A stretch of 64,000 nucleotides of DNA from Verrucomicrobiaceae bacterium (GTDB taxonomy: Bacteria; Verrucomicrobiota; Verrucomicrobiia; Verrucomicrobiales; V1-33): positions 1,179-65,178 of the forward strand of contig JAIXVE010000316.1 in assembly GCA_027483175.1 (NCBI GenBank), given 5' to 3'. The position numbers were made by a program, and so were the translations under genes. This document shows positions 24,279 to 32,630 of this stretch, one piece after another (position 1 is the first letter of the stretch; every line of letters begins with the position of its first letter). The notes beneath the pieces are model-generated. The model saw only the letters and a list, made by a program, of their open reading frames with translations, made no database searches and was not told the origin of the DNA.

Positions 24279-27101
24279 ATGCCGCCCTCCAAACTCGACC
24301 ATCTCCTCAGCAAAAAGCCCTCCCCGGCGCCTAACAGCAAGAAGGCCAAAAAAGCCCGCGCTGCCGACGAAATCCAACTCCCCGCCGACGGCGACTGGCG
24401 CACCACCGACGAAGACGAAATCAATCGCCGCCGCCTCCGTGCCCGCGAGGAACCCATGCAGGTCACCAACCTCGCACCAGAGTTCCCCATCTTCTCCGAC
24501 TTCCGCGTCTCCTCGGCCAGCGCCCAATCCTACACCGTCCAGATCCATGATGTCACCAGGCGTCAATTCGCCTGCTCCTGCATGGACTTCCGCATCAACG
24601 GTCTCGGCACCTGCAAACACGTCGAAGCCGTCCTCTGGCAACTCCAGAAACGCCATGGCAAAATTTGGCAGGATGCCGTGGAACAGGGATCGCCCCGCGC
24701 GGAAATCATGCGCCACCCCTCCCTCCCGACGCTCATCGCGGGCGGAAACCGCAAACGCTTGCCCGCCAAAGCCAAGCCCCTGTTCGCCAAAGACGGCACG
24801 CTGTCCTCCGACGTCGCCCCCGAAGACGCCTTCCGCATTCTCGCCCCGCTCCATGGCCACGCCATGCGCGTCTCCCTCGTCATTCCTCCATGGCTGGAAC
24901 GCCGCCGCCTCGCCGACGAACGCATCACCCTCCGGCGCGACTACGAGCAGTCCATCGTTAGCGGCACCGAACCACCCCAGGTCACCCTCATGCCGCTCTA
25001 TCCCTATCAGCGCGACGGCATGCTCCACCTCGCCTTCACCGGACGCGCCATGCTCGCCGACGAAATGGGCCTCGGCAAAACCGTCCAGGCCATCGCCGCC
25101 TGCGCACTCCTCCACCGTCTCGGCAAGGCCTCCCGTGTCCTCGTCATCTCCCCCGCATCCCTGAAATCAGAATGGGAAGACCAGATCCGCAAGTTCACCA
25201 CGCTCGACTATCAGATCGTCTACGGCAGCCGCCGCCAGCGCACTCCGCACTACTCCCGGAACGCTCCCATGTTCACCCTCATGAACTACGAGCAGGTCCG
25301 CACCGATGTCCTCGACATCAACGACCGTCTCGCCCCCGATATCGTCGTCCTCGATGAAGCCCAGCGCATCAAGAACTGGGCCTCTAACACCGCACGCTCC
25401 ATCAAGCTCCTCCGCAGTCCCTACGCCTTCATCCTCTCCGGCACCCCGCTCGAAAACCGCATCGACGAACTCTACTCCCTCGTCGACTTCCTCGACCCCG
25501 AGGTCTTCGGCCCTCTCTTCCGCTTCAATCGCGACTTCTACAAGCTCGACGACAAAGGCCGCCCCGAAGCCTGCACCAATCTCCGCGAGCTCCACGAACG
25601 CGTCCGCCCGCTCATGCTCCGCCGCCGGAAATCCGATGTCGAAAACGAACTCCCCGGCCGCACCGACGAAACCCGCTTCGTCCCCATGAGCGCTCAACAG
25701 GCCGCCGCCTACGAAGAACCAAAACTCCAGGCCGCCCAGATCGCTAACATGGCCAAAAAGCGACCTCTCCGTAAAGAGGAATTCGACCGGCTCATGCTCA
25801 ATCTCGCCAAAATGCGCATGATCTGCGACACGGTCTTCATCCTCGACCACGAATCCCGCGAATGCCCGAAACTCCTCGAACTGCGCAGCATCCTCGAAGA
25901 CTGTCTCTCCGAACCAGAGGTCAAGGTCATCATCTTCTCCGAATGGCTCCGCATGCTCCTGCTCGTCCAGGGGCTCCTCAAGGAAATGAACATCGGCTAC
26001 GCGCTCCACACCGGCCAGCTCCCCCAGAAACGCCGCCGCGCAGAACTCATCGCCTTTAAAGAGGACCCCGCCACCCGCGTCCTCCTCTGCACCGAAAGCG
26101 GCGGCACCGGCCTCAATCTCCAGAACGCTAGCGTCGTCATCAACTGCGACTTGCCATGGAACCCCGCCAGACTCGAACAACGCATCGCCCGCGCATGGCG
26201 CAAACACCAGAAACGCGCCGTCACCGTCATCAATCTCGTCACCGAAAAATCCATCGAACACGGCATGCTCGAAACCCTCGCCATGAAACAGGGCCTCTCC
26301 GACGGTGTCCTCGATCTCCGTGGCAATCTCGACCACATCAATCTCAAATCCGGCGGCCAGTCATTCCTCAACCGCCTCCAGCTCATCCTCACCCCAGCCT
26401 CCCCCATCCCGCGCGACACCAAACCACCCGCCCCGCCCGACCGCCCCCAGGCCATCGCCCACGAATGCCAGCAACTCCTCGGCAATCACTTCGTCTCCTG
26501 CCACGAACGCTTCGCCACCGACGCCCCCGGCAGCACGGTCACCGTCGTCGTCGACCGCGACGCCGATGCATGGCGCCCACGCATCGAAGCCCTCCATCAA
26601 CGGCTCTTCGCCGACAATCCCTCTCACGATCCCACCCGTCTCCTCGTCCTCGATCGCGCCACCCTAACCGCTCTCGACGCCCTCCAGGCCGCCGGCCTCA
26701 TCCAGCGCACCGAACGCGCCAGCCGCCCGCTCGACGGCCTCACCCCCGCCTCACCACCGCCCATCACCCTCACCGAAGCAGAAATCCAGCACCTCGCCGA
26801 CCTCACCCCGAAACTCCAGCACCGCCTCAAGGTCGCCAAAGCCCTCATCGCCGCCGACCTCCAGTCCGACGCCGCCACACCCCTAACCGACGCCCTCTCC
26901 CTCGCCTGCGAAATCCTCTGCACCAGACAACGCACCGCCCCACCCTCATCCCCCAGCGACCTCTCCCTCCGCCCATGGCTCGATCTCTGGTCCCCTCCAG
27001 CCCGCAACGCCCTCCTCTCCCCCACCCCCAACCCAGACCCAGACCCCGCCACCCAATCCCTCCTCCTCTCCGAATGCCAGCGCATCCTCGATGCCCCCTA
27101 A
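24279..27101 (+). CDS. SNF2-family helicase with N-terminal SWIM zinc finger
   Basis: SWIM motif FACSCMDFRINGLGTCKHVEAV; SNF2_N motifs LADEMGLGKTVQAIA, VLDEAQRIKN and LSGTPLENRIDELYSL; helicase-C motifs LLCTESGGTGLNLQNASVVINCDLPWNPARLEQRIARAWR. There is a poorly conserved C-terminal tail of about 260 aa. The track start at 23997 was rejected in favour of MPPSKLDHLL at 24279. Confidence 0.9.
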   Translation: MPPSKLDHLLSKKPSPAPNSKKAKKARAADEIQLPADGDWRTTDEDEINRRRLRAREEPMQVTNLAPEFPIFSDFRVSSASAQSYTVQIHDVTRRQFACSCMDFRINGLGTCKHVEAVLWQLQKRHGKIWQDAVEQGSPRAEIMRHPSLPTLIAGGNRKRLPAKAKPLFAKDGTLSSDVAPEDAFRILAPLHGHAMRVSLVIPPWLERRRLADERITLRRDYEQSIVSGTEPPQVTLMPLYPYQRDGMLHLAFTGRAMLADEMGLGKTVQAIAACALLHRLGKASRVLVISPASLKSEWEDQIRKFTTLDYQIVYGSRRQRTPHYSRNAPMFTLMNYEQVRTDVLDINDRLAPDIVVLDEAQRIKNWASNTARSIKLLRSPYAFILSGTPLENRIDELYSLVDFLDPEVFGPLFRFNRDFYKLDDKGRPEACTNLRELHERVRPLMLRRRKSDVENELPGRTDETRFVPMSAQQAAAYEEPKLQAAQIANMAKKRPLRKEEFDRLMLNLAKMRMICDTVFILDHESRECPKLLELRSILEDCLSEPEVKVIIFSEWLRMLLLVQGLLKEMNIGYALHTGQLPQKRRRAELIAFKEDPATRVLLCTESGGTGLNLQNASVVINCDLPWNPARLEQRIARAWRKHQKRAVTVINLVTEKSIEHGMLETLAMKQGLSDGVLDLRGNLDHINLKSGGQSFLNRLQLILTPASPIPRDTKPPAPPDRPQAIAHECQQLLGNHFVSCHERFATDAPGSTVTVVVDRDADAWRPRIEALHQRLFADNPSHDPTRLLVLDRATLTALDALQAAGLIQRTERASRPLDGLTPASPPPITLTEAEIQHLADLTPKLQHRLKVAKALIAADLQSDAATPLTDALSLACEILCTRQRTAPPSSPSDLSLRPWLDLWSPPARNALLSPTPNPDPDPATQSLLLSECQRILDAP

Positions 27102-27628
27102 CTCCACCCCTCCGCCAACCGTAGGCCCCATCACTCCCACCCGCCATCTCGGTCACCATGGCAGCCGTGCCCATATCGGTCCCATAGGCCCTATCTGTCC
27201 TATCTCTCCCCTGTCCCACCCCATCGCCTTCACCAAGCCTCCCAACCCCTCCCCAGCACCCTGCCCCATCCGTCCCCCGCTCCCCCCATCAACCCGCACT
27301 GGACGGAACCCCGCACTTAGCTATCATCCCCCAGCCGCTGCCCTCATGACCGACCGAATCGCCCCCTTTAGCTGGCCACCACTCCGTCGTTGCAGAGTTC
27401 AGCTAGCTTGAGCACCATCTCGCACCTCCGGCACCGGAGGGCCGCAAACCCACAACCATTCCGTCGGCAAGACCCGCCCACCCAGTCCAAAGTCGAATCC
27501 AGTTGCTTCACGAGGACGGCCTCTTCGAACACCTCACCTCACAGGACCACGAATCCGCGTAGATCGAATCAGCCTCATTCCGCTCGGCTGGCGCTTGCCG
27601 AATCCCCCATTTCGTGCACGTTTCGTGC

Positions 27629-27868
27629 ATGGCCACAAAGACCATCACCTTGGAACTCGATGCCTACGAGAAACTCCGTCACGCCAAGCGCGCAGGCGAG
27701 TCCTTCACGGAAGTGGTGCGTCGTGCCGTCTGGCTGGATGCTCCGGCGACCGGCGAATCCCTGCGGACCTATTTCCGGAACGGCGGCAGTGGCACCAGTG
27801 ACAAGTACCTGGATGCAGTCGAAGACGCCGCAAGGCAGGACCCCATTCCCGATGATCCATGGGCCTGA
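27629..27868 (+). CDS. putative VapB-type antitoxin
   Basis: 79 aa: MATKTITLELDAYEKLRHAKRAGESFTEVVRRAV.... It overlaps the PIN toxin start by 10 nt. A GTG at 27614 is an alternative start. Confidence 0.7.
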   Translation: MATKTITLELDAYEKLRHAKRAGESFTEVVRRAVWLDAPATGESLRTYFRNGGSGTSDKYLDAVEDAARQDPIPDDPWA

Positions 27869-28251
27869 TCCTCGACACCAATTTCATCATCGTGGCCGAA
27901 CGTGAGGCCAAGCGCGGCATCACCACCACAATCGACCGCTTCTTTGCCTCAAGGACCAGAGAGACCTTCTACATCACGTTCACTGTGGCCGGAGAATTGG
28001 CGTGCGGGCAATCCGCGAGCCCGAAGCGCGACTGGGAGCGCCTTTGCCGCCCTTACCCGATCCTCCCCTGGTCCAGCGAAGTCTCCTGGCAGTACGGCGA
28101 GATCTACCGGACGCTCGCAGCCAAAGGACAACTGATCGGATCCAATGACATGTGGATCGCCGCCACCGCGTTGGTGCACGGCATGGGCATCGTCACCAAC
28201 AATGTGGCCGAATTCAGTCGCGTGCCGGGCCTGCCAGTCGTGTCCTATTGA
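27859..28251 (+). CDS. vapC: PIN-domain toxin VapC
   Basis: 130 aa: MGLILDTNFIIVAERE...SNDMWIAATALVHGMGIVTNNVAEF, with conserved acidic PIN residues. Confidence 0.85.
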   Translation: MGLILDTNFIIVAEREAKRGITTTIDRFFASRTRETFYITFTVAGELACGQSASPKRDWERLCRPYPILPWSSEVSWQYGEIYRTLAAKGQLIGSNDMWIAATALVHGMGIVTNNVAEFSRVPGLPVVSY

Positions 28252-28259
28252 TTCGCTCC

Positions 28260-28985
28260 ATGAACCCTACCCTCTGCATTCTCGGCGGCTGCAACGGAGC
28301 AGGGAAAACCACCCTCGCACGCGAACTCCTGCCTCGCCTCGGCCTGATGCGTTTCCTGAATGCGGACGAGATTGCGAGGGGCCTCTCGCCGCTCGACCCC
28401 ACGCTCAGTGCATTCCGGGCGGGGCGGCTGGTCCTCGAGGAGGCGAGGGCACTCATTGCTGCGAAGGGAAGCTTTGCCATTGAGAGCACACTCAGCGGCA
28501 AGGCTCAGGCGGGGCTAATCCGGGAGGCGAAGGCAAGTGGGTACCGTGTGCTGCTCCACTACATCGTCATCGGTTCGGCGACGCAGGCGGTGGACCGCGT
28601 CGCCCTGCGCGTGAAACTCGGTGGCCATCACGTGCCTGAGGACGACATCCGCCGCCGTTATGAGCGCAGCCGCCAGCATTTCCTTGAGGATTACCTCCCC
28701 CTTGCCGATGAGTGGGGCCTGTGGGAAAATCACTCACCACCCGCGGTGCAGATCGCCGACAGCAAGACCCACACGATCGACCAGCTTCACGCCATGCTCA
28801 CCTCCAACAACCCTCAAGAGACACCTCCTCGCGAGATGTCCGAGATGTCGAAAATCGTGCTCGAAGCCAGCCGCGTGGCCACCGAGAAAATGCTCGACTA
28901 CTACAAGCGCATGGGCATCAAGGTCACCCCGCAGATGACCCTCGCCCCGGAGAAACCGAAACGCGTGCGCCGGAACACGAAGTGA
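28260..28985 (+). CDS. zeta-toxin-like / COG4185-type P-loop ATPase with C-terminal extension
   Basis: Walker A LGGCNGAGKTTLA, then FLNADEIARGL and HHVPEDDIRRRYERS. The product is 241 aa, about 50-60 aa longer than I expect for this family. The track start at 28152 overlaps vapC and was rejected. Confidence 0.75.
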   Translation: MNPTLCILGGCNGAGKTTLARELLPRLGLMRFLNADEIARGLSPLDPTLSAFRAGRLVLEEARALIAAKGSFAIESTLSGKAQAGLIREAKASGYRVLLHYIVIGSATQAVDRVALRVKLGGHHVPEDDIRRRYERSRQHFLEDYLPLADEWGLWENHSPPAVQIADSKTHTIDQLHAMLTSNNPQETPPREMSEMSKIVLEASRVATEKMLDYYKRMGIKVTPQMTLAPEKPKRVRRNTK

Positions 28986-29117
28986 AGTCACTGGCGGGAA
29001 GCCGGCCGGTGCCCACATCAGTGGCATAGCCAATAGGTTCGTCGATACCCCTTGCCGGTCACTACACCGCCGCAGAATCGATCGAGTTGCCTTCACGGAT
29101 CCAGCCCAAACCGCGCT

Positions 29118-29155
29118 CATACGTCCCATTTGACGCACGTCATGAGGGACGTATG
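29118..29155. promoter_or_regulatory. nested palindrome immediately upstream of the ATPase gene pair (candidate operator or 5'-UTR hairpin)
   Basis: catacgtccc (29118-29127) pairs perfectly with gggacgtatg (29146-29155). The inner pair is tgacg-ca-cgtca (29131-29142). It ends 8 nt before the ATG at 29163. Confidence 0.35.
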
Positions 29156-29162
29156 TTCATCC

Positions 29163-30332
29163 ATGAAAGCAAACCCCGGAGGCCAAATCGACCTCAACGC
29201 AGTCCTCGGACGCGACCGGCTCATCCAGAACATCTGGGAAATCGTCCAGCAGCAAAGCATGGTGATCACCGCCGAACGCCGTATCGGCAAAACCACGGTC
29301 ATGAAGAAAATGGCGGCCGAACCTCAACGGGGTTGGCTTCCAGTATATCAGGACCTGGAAAGCTGCCACTCGGCCGCCGAATTCTCGATGGCGGTCTACA
29401 AGCAGGTGCATCACTTCCTCAGCGGAAAGAGCAAATTGGCCAGACGATCCAAGGAGTTTCTAGGATCCCTTGGGGGAATCGAACTTGGCGGCACCATCAA
29501 ACTGCCGGAAAAGGCGGCCACTCCTTGGAAGGAGGTTCTGACCAAGGCGATCGAGGATCTGATGCACGAGAACGATGAGGGCACCAAACTGCTGTTCCTG
29601 TGGGATGAGTTGCCGTTCATGCTGATGAACATCCGCGACGGCGAAGGCGAACAGACCGCCATGCAGGTGCTTGATCATCTGCGGTGGCTGCGTCAGACGC
29701 ACAGCGGGCTTCGCATGGTCATCACGGGCTCCGTCGGCCTTCACCATGTCCTCACTTCCCTCAAGGAAAAAAGCTACGCCAACTCTCCAGTCAATGACAT
29801 GGCGACGGTGGATGTCCCTCCCTTGGCACCAAACGACGCCGTCAGCCTGGCTCTTTTGTTGATTGACGGGGAATCCCTGCCGTCATCTGACAAACCCGCG
29901 GCAGCAGCAGCCATTGCCCGGGAAGCAGATTGCTTCGCCTTCTACATCCACCACATTGTCAGGGGCCTGAAAATCATGGAATGGGACGCCAGTCCTGAAA
30001 ATGTCGCCAAGGTGGTCGCCTCGCATCTGATCGATGCCAACGACCCATGGGAGTTGCTCCACTATCGCGAGCGGATTGCCACCTATTACCAGAACCACCA
30101 GAAGGAAGTCTCCCTGATTCTGGATGAACTGGCAGCTCAGAACGAGCAAGCCTCGGTGGCCGAATTGTTGGCCATGCTCAAGGGCGCAAGCCAGTTTGAC
30201 GACCGAGACCGGCTCCTTCGCCTTCTCAACCTGATGGAGCGTGATCACTACCTGAAACGGGACGAGTCTGGAGCATATCGCTTCCGCTTCCCGCTGATCC
30301 GCCGCTGGTGGAAACTCAACCGCGGCCTGTAA
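29163..30332 (+). CDS. P-loop ATPase (archaeal-ATPase/STAND-like) with C-terminal winged-helix-like region
   Basis: 389 aa. Walker A ITAERRIGKTTV, Walker B LLFLWDELP, and a C-terminal LLRLLNLMERDHYLKRDESGAYRFRFPLIRRWW. Composition is lower in GC than the core genes. Confidence 0.75.
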   Translation: MKANPGGQIDLNAVLGRDRLIQNIWEIVQQQSMVITAERRIGKTTVMKKMAAEPQRGWLPVYQDLESCHSAAEFSMAVYKQVHHFLSGKSKLARRSKEFLGSLGGIELGGTIKLPEKAATPWKEVLTKAIEDLMHENDEGTKLLFLWDELPFMLMNIRDGEGEQTAMQVLDHLRWLRQTHSGLRMVITGSVGLHHVLTSLKEKSYANSPVNDMATVDVPPLAPNDAVSLALLLIDGESLPSSDKPAAAAAIAREADCFAFYIHHIVRGLKIMEWDASPENVAKVVASHLIDANDPWELLHYRERIATYYQNHQKEVSLILDELAAQNEQASVAELLAMLKGASQFDDRDRLLRLLNLMERDHYLKRDESGAYRFRFPLIRRWWKLNRGL

Positions 30333-30334
30333 CC

Positions 30335-32560
30335 ATGCAGCCGTCACACCCCGCAGAGAGTCCCCACAGTGGCAAAACCATCTGGGTCTTCACCCCCAGC
30401 CGCACCGACCCGAAGGACCTCGAGTTCATTCTCGTCCAAAGGCAAAGCCTCCTGCGGGACGCCGTCGAGCGGGTGCAGGAAAGCGCGCTGACAAACCACA
30501 AGCACCACCTCCTCTTCGTGGGTCCGCGCGGCTGTGGGAAAACCCACCTCGTCACGCTCATCGTCAGCCGACTCGCTGAAGACGAGTCTCTCACAAACCA
30601 TCTGCGCATCGCATGGCTGAATGAAGACGAAACCTGCACGACCCTCATCGAGCTTCTTTTGAAGATCCACGCGGCTCTGGAGAAGCGCTACCCAGCTGAA
30701 TTCCACGCAGACATGCTCAGTCCCGCGTTTGACCTCAAACAGGACGCCGCCTTGGAATTCGTCTCGAAGCATCTCCTCTCTGCTCTCGGTTCTCGCACTC
30801 TCCTGGTCGTGACCGAAAACCTCGACGCCATCTTCGAGGGGCTCGGCGATTCCGGACAAAAACAGCTGCGATCCTTCATCCAAGAAAACCCCCGCCTCTC
30901 CATCGTCGCCACCGCCCAACGGCTCGTCGAAGACCTCTCCAATCGGAACAGTCCCTTCTTCGGTTTCTTCCAGACAGAACATCTTAAGCCGCTCACGGTC
31001 ACGCAGGCCACCGAACTCCTCCAGAACATCGCCCGTCTTCAGAACAAGGACTCTGTCGTAGATTTCCTCACCACCAGCCAGGGACGCTCCAGAGTCCGGG
31101 CCATCCATCATCTCTCAGGGGGCAATCACCGGATCTACATCGTCCTCTCGCAGTTCATCACTCGCGACAGTGTGGATGCTCTCTTGGAGCCGTTCATGAA
31201 AATGGTCGACGAACTCACACCCTATTACCAGGAACGCATTCGCTGGTTGCCGCCGCTGCAGCGAAAGATTGTCGAGTATCTCTGCACCTGCGAAGGCACC
31301 GTGCCAGTGAAAGATATCGCCAAGCGACTCTTCGCTACTCCGCAGACCATCTCCAGCCAGCTTCAGGACCTCCGGGAAAAGGGCTACGTCGAGGCCAATC
31401 AACGCGGTCGCGAGTCCCTCTACGAGATCAGCGAACCTTTAATGCGCATCTGCGTCGAAGTGAAGGACAATCAGCGTCTGCAACCACTCCGCCTGCTCGT
31501 AGATTTCCTCCGAGTCTGGTATGACGATCAGGACCTCAAACTTCGTCTCAACACACTCGAACCTGCCTCCGCATCCTTCTCCTATCTGCAATCTGCCATC
31601 CAAAAGAACCGCACCGATGGCAACCTCAGAAAGCAGATCCTTCTGGACCATCTCGAATTGTCACTTCCGGAGGAGCATCCCTCAGTGGTTCGCGAGGGGA
31701 TGGTTAATGGTTTGAAGAATGCTCCAGAAGAATTGCTTATGGCCTTGCAAAGCATGAGCGAGAAAATGCCAGCCGAGGCGGTCCTTTCTCTCAATCAAGC
31801 CATCGCTGAAGAAGCCACGCCCGCGACCAAGGTTGGCCTCCTGCTCGTTCGCGCGATGATTCATTCAGAATTGGAAGACCGAGCCAAAGAAATCGCCGAC
31901 TACACGGCTGTGATCGACCTTCCCGGCGCACCGGCCAAGCACGTCGCAAAAGCGCTCCTCAATCGCGGCCTCGCCCATCTAAGTGATGGACGGAAAAAAG
32001 AATCAAGATCGGACTTTGAAACACTTATTCGCCTTCGACAGACTCCTGTAGAAACCATAGTCTATGCGCACCTCTTCATTGCCGAAAACCACTTCAGCGA
32101 GGGCCAATGGAGCGAAGGCTTCCAATCCCTTGAGGCTAGTTTCGATCGCGGCGCGAAAGCTCAGCCCGCATATCGCGGAAATCCTGCCGGTTTGATCGGC
32201 GTGATCTTCTCCGCTGGTCTGAACCCAGAGGGCCGTCGCAGCAAAGTGGCCGAGTTCCTCCGTCTCTATCAGAAGCATCAGGCGCTGCCCGCCTTGGGTG
32301 CGGCCGTCATTCAACACATCGGCAGCATCTACCGCTCCGGCGAGCCTTTTCCATCCTCGGACAATCTCGAAGGCTGGAGATCAGCATGGGAACAAGCCTC
32401 GGAAGGCGTTCCTGACCTTCGCCTTTCCATCCGCCTGCTCAACACGTCGATCGCATTCCTCAAAACGGGAGGAAAGGACCGCTCGATCCTGCTGAACCTC
32501 GCATCCACTGAGCGCTCCATCGTCGAGCAAGCCTTTGGCCTCGATAGAGAGCCTCGTTGA
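30335..32560 (+). CDS. STAND/ORC-like P-loop ATPase with winged-helix (MarR-like) domain and C-terminal TPR-like helical repeats
   Basis: 741 aa. Walker A FVGPRGCGKTHLV, Walker B LLVVTENLD, wHTH RKIVEYLCTCEGTVPVKDIAKRLFATPQTISSQLQDLREKGYVEA, and a C-terminal helical repeat region of about 300 aa. Its ATG lies 2 nt after the stop of the preceding ATPase gene. Confidence 0.75.
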   Translation: MQPSHPAESPHSGKTIWVFTPSRTDPKDLEFILVQRQSLLRDAVERVQESALTNHKHHLLFVGPRGCGKTHLVTLIVSRLAEDESLTNHLRIAWLNEDETCTTLIELLLKIHAALEKRYPAEFHADMLSPAFDLKQDAALEFVSKHLLSALGSRTLLVVTENLDAIFEGLGDSGQKQLRSFIQENPRLSIVATAQRLVEDLSNRNSPFFGFFQTEHLKPLTVTQATELLQNIARLQNKDSVVDFLTTSQGRSRVRAIHHLSGGNHRIYIVLSQFITRDSVDALLEPFMKMVDELTPYYQERIRWLPPLQRKIVEYLCTCEGTVPVKDIAKRLFATPQTISSQLQDLREKGYVEANQRGRESLYEISEPLMRICVEVKDNQRLQPLRLLVDFLRVWYDDQDLKLRLNTLEPASASFSYLQSAIQKNRTDGNLRKQILLDHLELSLPEEHPSVVREGMVNGLKNAPEELLMALQSMSEKMPAEAVLSLNQAIAEEATPATKVGLLLVRAMIHSELEDRAKEIADYTAVIDLPGAPAKHVAKALLNRGLAHLSDGRKKESRSDFETLIRLRQTPVETIVYAHLFIAENHFSEGQWSEGFQSLEASFDRGAKAQPAYRGNPAGLIGVIFSAGLNPEGRRSKVAEFLRLYQKHQALPALGAAVIQHIGSIYRSGEPFPSSDNLEGWRSAWEQASEGVPDLRLSIRLLNTSIAFLKTGGKDRSILLNLASTERSIVEQAFGLDREPR

Positions 32561-32630
32561 ATACCGGACTTTCCCATGAATCTATCCGCAGCACTCCACG
32601 TAATCCCGCCCGGCTGACGACACGCACCAC

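Noticed and set aside
23834-24490. 218-aa minus-strand ORF between relE and the SNF2 gene.
   Set aside because: It is Arg/Ser/Gly-rich with no motifs, and it overlaps the 5' end of the SNF2 gene on the opposite strand. It is probably non-coding promoter region.
27160-27240. Periodic tract translating to PIGPIGPICPISP / DRTDRAYGTDMGT as a possible collagen-like or repeat protein gene.
   Set aside because: No start or stop-delimited ORF of convincing length or context is present. Such tracts are consistent with non-coding dispersed repeats.
17842-32630. Calling the island a mobile element (prophage, ICE or integron).
   Set aside because: No integrase, recombinase, transposase, phage structural or conjugation genes, and no flanking att-like duplication, could be found by eye. 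It is reported only as an accessory island.
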